64,000 nt of DNA, taken from positions 186,001-250,000 of the forward strand of contig NIVC01000741.1 of assembly GCA_002269645.1 (NCBI GenBank), read 5' to 3'. Below, piece by piece: positions 59,055-64,000 of the stretch. The number at the start of each line of letters is the position of its first letter. The first letter of the stretch is position 1. A program made the translations under genes and the position numbers. Origin of the DNA: Macrostomum lignano (taxonomy: Eukaryota). The notes under the pieces are model-generated. The model did no database searches, was not told the origin of the DNA, and saw nothing but the letters and a program-made list of their open reading frames with translations.

Positions 59055-61048
59055 CGCAGTAATCCTTGGCTATCGAGTGCAGTAATCCTTGGTTTATTAA
59101 TAGCAATAATCCATGGCTTATCGAGTGCAGTAATCCTTGGTTTATTAATAGCAATAATCCTTGGCTTATCGAGTGCAGTAATCCTTGGTTTATTAATAGC
59201 AATAATCCATGCCTTATCGAGTGCAGTAATCCTTGGTTTATTAATAGCAATAATCCTTGGCTTATCGAGTGCAGTAATCCTTGGTTTGCCAAGTGCATAA
59301 TCCTTGGTTTATTAATAGCAATAATCCTTGGTTTATCGAGTGCAGTAATCCTTGGTTTATTAATAGCAATAGTCCTTGGTTTATTGAGTGCAGTAATCCT
59401 TGGTTTATTAATAGCAATAGTCCTTGGTTTATTGAGTGCAGTAATCCTTGGTTTATTAATAGCAATAATCCTTGGCTTATCGAGTGCAGTAATCCTTGGT
59501 TTGCCAAGTGCATAATCCTTGGTTTATTAATAGCAGTAATCCTTGGCTTATCGAGTGCAGTAATCCTTGGTTTGCCAAGTGCATAATCCTTGGTTTATTA
59601 ATAGCAATAATCCTTGGCTTATCGAGTGCAGTAATCCTTGGTTTATTAATAGCAATAATCCTTGGTTTATCGAGTGCATTAATCCTTGGTTTGCCAAGAG
59701 CAATAATCCTTGGCTTATCGAGTGCAGTATTCCTTGGTTTGCCAAGTGCATAATCCTTGGTTTATTAATAGCAATAATCCTTGGTTTATCGAGTGCAGTA
59801 ATCCTTAGTTTATTAATAGCAATAATCCTTGGCTTATCGAGTGCAGTAATCCTTGGTTTATTAATAGCAATAATCCATGGCTTATCGAGTGCAGTAATCC
59901 TTGGTTTGCCAAGAGCAATAGTCCTTGGCTTATCGAGTGCAGTAATCCTTGGTTTGCCAAGAGCAATAGTCCTTGGTTTATTGAGTGCAGTAATCCTTGG
60001 TTTATTAATAGCAATAGTCCTTGGTTTATTGAGTGCAGTAATCCTTGGTTTATTAATAGCAATAATCCTTGGCCTTTCGAGTGCAGTAATCCTTGGTTTG
60101 CCAAGTGCATAATCCTTGGTTTATTAATAGCAATAATCCTTGGCTTATCAAGTGCAGTAATCCTTGGTTTATTAATAGCAATAATCCTTGGTTTATCGAG
60201 TGCATTAATCCTTGGTTTATTAATAGCAATAATCCTTGGCTTATCGAGTGCAGTAATCCTTGTTTATTAATAGCAATAATCCTTGCTTATCGAGTGCAGT
60301 AATCCTTGGTTTGCCAAGAGCAATAGTCCTTGGTTTTTTGAGTGCAGTAATCCTTGGTTTATTAATAGCAATAGTCCTTGGTTTATTGAGTGCAGTAATG
60401 CTTGGTTTATTAATAGCAATAATCCTTGGCTTATCGATTGCAGTAATCCTTGGTTTGCCAAGTGCATAATCCTTGGTTTATTAATAGCAATAATCCTTGG
60501 TTTATCGAGTGCAGTAATCCTTAGTTTATTAATAGCAATAATCCTTGGCTTATCGAGTGCAGTAATCCTTGGTTTATTAATAGCAATAATCTATGGCTTA
60601 TCGAGTGCAGTAATCCTTGGTTTGCCAAGAGCAATAGTCCTTGGCTTATCGAGTGCAGTAATCCTTGGTTTGCCAAGAGCAATAGTCCTTGGTTTATTGA
60701 GTGCAGTAATCCTTGGTTTATTAATAGCAATAGTCCTTGGCTTATCGAGTGCAGTAATCCTTGGTTTATTAATAGCAATAATCCTTGGCTTATCGAGTGC
60801 AATAATCCTTGGTTTATTAATAGCAATAATCCTTGGCTTATCGAGTGCAGTAATTCATGGTTTATTAATAGCAATAATCCTTGGCTTATCGAGTGCAGTA
60901 ATCCTTGGTTTATTAATAGCAATAATCCATGGCTTATCGAGTGCAGTAATCCTTGGTTTGCCAAGAGCAATAATCCTTGGCTTATCGAGTGCAGTATTCC
61001 TTGGTTTGCCAAGAGCAATAATCCTTAGCTTATCGAGTGCAGTAATCT
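59055..61048. repeat. Satellite C, 48-bp dimer of two related 24-bp subunits
   Basis: gagtgcagtaatccttggtttatt and aatagcaataatccttggcttatc alternate. Confidence 0.95.
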
Positions 61049-61849
61049 AAGTGTTTTTATTTAGTCCTTTAAAATAAAAGCTTTTAATAAAAAATTTTAC
61101 ACTACTACTTTTAAACTACTTAGATTCGAACCCAGGTCGCTGCATTAGCAGTCTGGTCTGCTCAGCTCTAGGCTAGCTCTCATCGAAGTTATCAGTGAAT
61201 TTGTACCACTTATATAATTCAACACTCACACCAAGTCAGGTAGAGTAAAAAGTCACGCGAAGCAGTTATGACATAATCAATTTCTTAGGCAAGTCAGTAC
61301 CAGTGTCTATGAAAGTTAACAATATGGTTACGTAATATAAATTCAGTACTGCACTATACTTTCACCCTCAAAGCTGTGACGCAATTCAATTGAGTGTCAA
61401 ATTCAGCCAGTACACAGACGATAAATAAAGTGTATTGTGATGCAATCTATTTCAGAATCAGAATTCAACCTTTCTCTAGCATTCTTACAATGCATTTCAG
61501 GTCGAAAGAGCTGCTTGACCTTTGCAAAAAATCATGTTTTTCGAATATTTAATCCCTTTAACATTGAGCAATTTCTTAGCCAATATGCATGTACCGTCCC
61601 GGGAAAATTTCTGATCGAATGGTGCAAGTTTGAAGAAAATCGGTTGAGCCGTTCGGGAGAAAATCAATTACAAGCAAGCAACCAAGCATTTCATTTTTAG
61701 TATATTAGACTAGCAATCTTCGCCCCCCGATGGGGGACATCTGGATAGAATCTCTGTTTTCTACAAGTAACAAAAAGACAGCCAAAAATCCTTCAAAAAG
61801 ACAACAGACAAACTGCTCAAATGAAGTGCATTGCAAAAAGAAATCATCC

Positions 61850-62285
61850 CAAGACTGCAAGCATCCACCAGATAGCAAGCATCCCCAAGATGGCAAGCAT
61901 CCCCCAGATAGCAAGCATCCCCCAGATAGCAAGCATCCCCCAGATAGCAAGCATCCCCCAGATAGCAAGCATCCCCAAGATAGCAAGCATCCCCAGATAG
62001 CAAGCATCCCCAGATAGCAAGCATCCCCCAGATAGCAAGCATCACCCCAGATTGCAAGCATCCCCAAGATAGCAAGCATCCCCCAGATTGCAAGCATCCC
62101 CCAGATAGCAAGCATCCCCAAGATAGCAAGCATCCCCCAGATAGCAAGCATCCCCCAGATAGCAAGCATCCCCCAGATAGCAAGCATCCCCCAGATTGCA
62201 AGCATCCCCAAGATAGCAAGCATCCCCCAGATAGCAAGCATCCCCGAGATAGATAGCATCCCCAAATAGCAAGCATCCACCAGAC
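61850..62285. repeat. Satellite B, homogeneous array
   Basis: Direct inspection. Confidence 0.93.
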
Positions 62286-62394
62286 AATAAGTAGCTAGTG
62301 CGACAATTTCCTTAGCATTATAGCGGCTCCTTTAAAATTCGCTTACTTTTACGTTTGAAATTGTGTATCTTTTATGTTTGATACGGTGGCTTTT

Positions 62395-64000
62395 CAATGT
62401 CTGACATAGTGGCTCTTCTATGTTTGACATGGGGGCTCTTCTATGTTTGACATGGGGGCTCTTCTATGTTTGACATGGGGGCTCTTCTATGTTTGACATG
62501 GGGGCTCTTCTATGTTTGACATGGGGGCTCTATTATGTTTGACATGGTGGCTCTTTAATGTTCGAAATGGTGGCTCTTTAATGTTCAAAAAGGTGGCTCT
62601 TTTATGTTTGACATGGTGGCTCTTTAATGTTTGACATGGTGGCTCTTTTATGTTCGACATGGTGTCTCTTCAATGTTTGACATGGAGTCATGTATATGTT
62701 TGACATGGTGGCTCTTGTATTTTTAACATGTTGGCTCTTTAATGTTCGACATGGTGGCTCTTTAATGTCTAACATGGAGTCACGTATATGTTTGACATGG
62801 AGTCATGTATATGTCTGATATGGTAGCTCTTTAATGTTTTACATGGAGTCACGTATATGTTTGACATGGTGGTTCTTAAATGTTCGACATGGTGGCTCTT
62901 TAATGTGTTACATGGTGGCACTTTCATGTTTGACCTGGTGGCTCTTTAATGTTTGACATAGTGTCTCTTTAATGTTTGACATGGAGTCATGTATATGTTT
63001 GACATGGTAGCTCTTGAATGTTAGACATGGTGGCACTTTCATGTTTGACCTGGTGGCTCTTTAATGTTTGACATGGTGGCTCCTTAATATTTGACATGGT
63101 GACCCTTTAATATTTGACATGGTGGCCCTTTAATGTTCGACATGGTGGCTCTTCAATGTTCGACATGGTGGCTCTTTTAGGTTTGAAATGGTGGCTCTTT
63201 AATGTTTGACATGGTGGCTTTTTAATGTTCGACATGGTGGCTCTTTTATGTTCGACATGGCGTCATGTATATGTTTGATATGGTAGCTCTTGAATGTTCA
63301 ACATGGAGTCATGTATATGTTGGACATGGTGGCTCTTTAATGTTTGACATGGGGGCTCTTCTATGTTTGACATGGGGCTCTTCTATGTTTGAAATGGGGG
63401 CTCTTCTATGTTTGACATGGGGGCTCTATTATGTTTGACATGGTGGCTCTTTAATGTTCGAAATGGTGGCTCTTTAATGTTCAAAAAGGTGGCTCTTTTA
63501 TGTTTGACATGGTGGCTCTTTAATGTTTGACATGGTGGCTCTTTTATGTTCGACATGGTGTCTCTTCAATGTTTGACATGGAGTCATGTATATGTTTGAC
63601 ATGGTGGCTCTTGTATTTTTAACATGTTGGCTCTTTAATGTTCGACATGGTGGCTCTTTAATGTCTAACATGGAGTCACGTATATGTTTGACATGGAGTC
63701 ATGTATATGTCTGATATGGTAGCTCTTTAATGTTTTACATGGAGTCACGTATATGTTTGACATGGTGGTTCTTAAATGTTCGACATGGTGGCTCTTTAAT
63801 GTGTTACATGGTGGCACTTTCATGTTTGACCTGGTGGCTCTTTAATGTTTGACATAGTGTCTCTTTAATGTTTGACATGGAGTCATGTATATGTTTGACA
63901 TGGTAGCTCTTGAATGTTCGACATAGAGTCATGTATATGTTTGCCATGGTGGCTCTTTAATGTTAGACATGGTGGCACTTTCATGTTTGACCTGGTGGCT
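62395..64000. repeat. Satellite D, 23-bp unit (gacatggtggctctttaatgttt)
   Basis: Period 23 (gacat at 62403 and 62426), continuing to the window end. Confidence 0.95.

Larger units (their letters stand above)
55930..61709 (-). mobile_element. Non-autonomous Helitron copy 2 (composite)
   Basis: 5'-TCTAATATACTAAAA at 61709; hairpin ccccgaagggg then CTAG ending at 55930; 56395-57500 is homologous to 50655-51760, and 61050-61709 to 55256-55881. Confidence 0.72.
61710..64000 (-). mobile_element. Non-autonomous Helitron copy 3 (3' part; continues beyond the window)
   Basis: Hairpin cccccatcggggg followed by CTAG ending at 61710, nearly identical to the copy-1 3' end. Confidence 0.68.

Noticed and set aside
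58761-62287. Numerous hydrophobic or periodic ORFs
   Set aside because: Translations of satellites B and C; no evidence of coding.

Overview
Metazoan genomic DNA; the GC/Ala-rich exons and dense minisatellites resemble the flatworm Macrostomum (inference only). Bases 51 to about 8,700 are part of an endogenous Polinton/adintovirus-like element: protein-primed PolB (one in-frame stop, one frameshift), an adenovirus pX-like ORF, a retroviral-type integrase and a parvovirus-type PLA2. These are followed by an unusual module: a perfect four-pentamer heat-shock element between two outward-facing TATA boxes, an orphan NLS/HTH-like/acidic-tail ORF, and a 119-bp tandem array with an 18-bp palindrome in every unit. 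Host genes are EXOSC8 (2 exons, LINE in the intron), a divergent four-exon Clock homolog, an intronless FkbM-type methyltransferase with a fresh internal duplication, and two possible RPL23A-like micro-exons. The rest is transposon-derived: MITEs, Tc1-like and Crypton-like remnants, a chimeric Gypsy element with TG...AA LTRs, and an LTR-less Gypsy with intact pol. The last 13.5 kb is a head-to-tail array of non-autonomous Helitrons carrying four satellite families. All calls come from reading motifs by eye; no searches were run.
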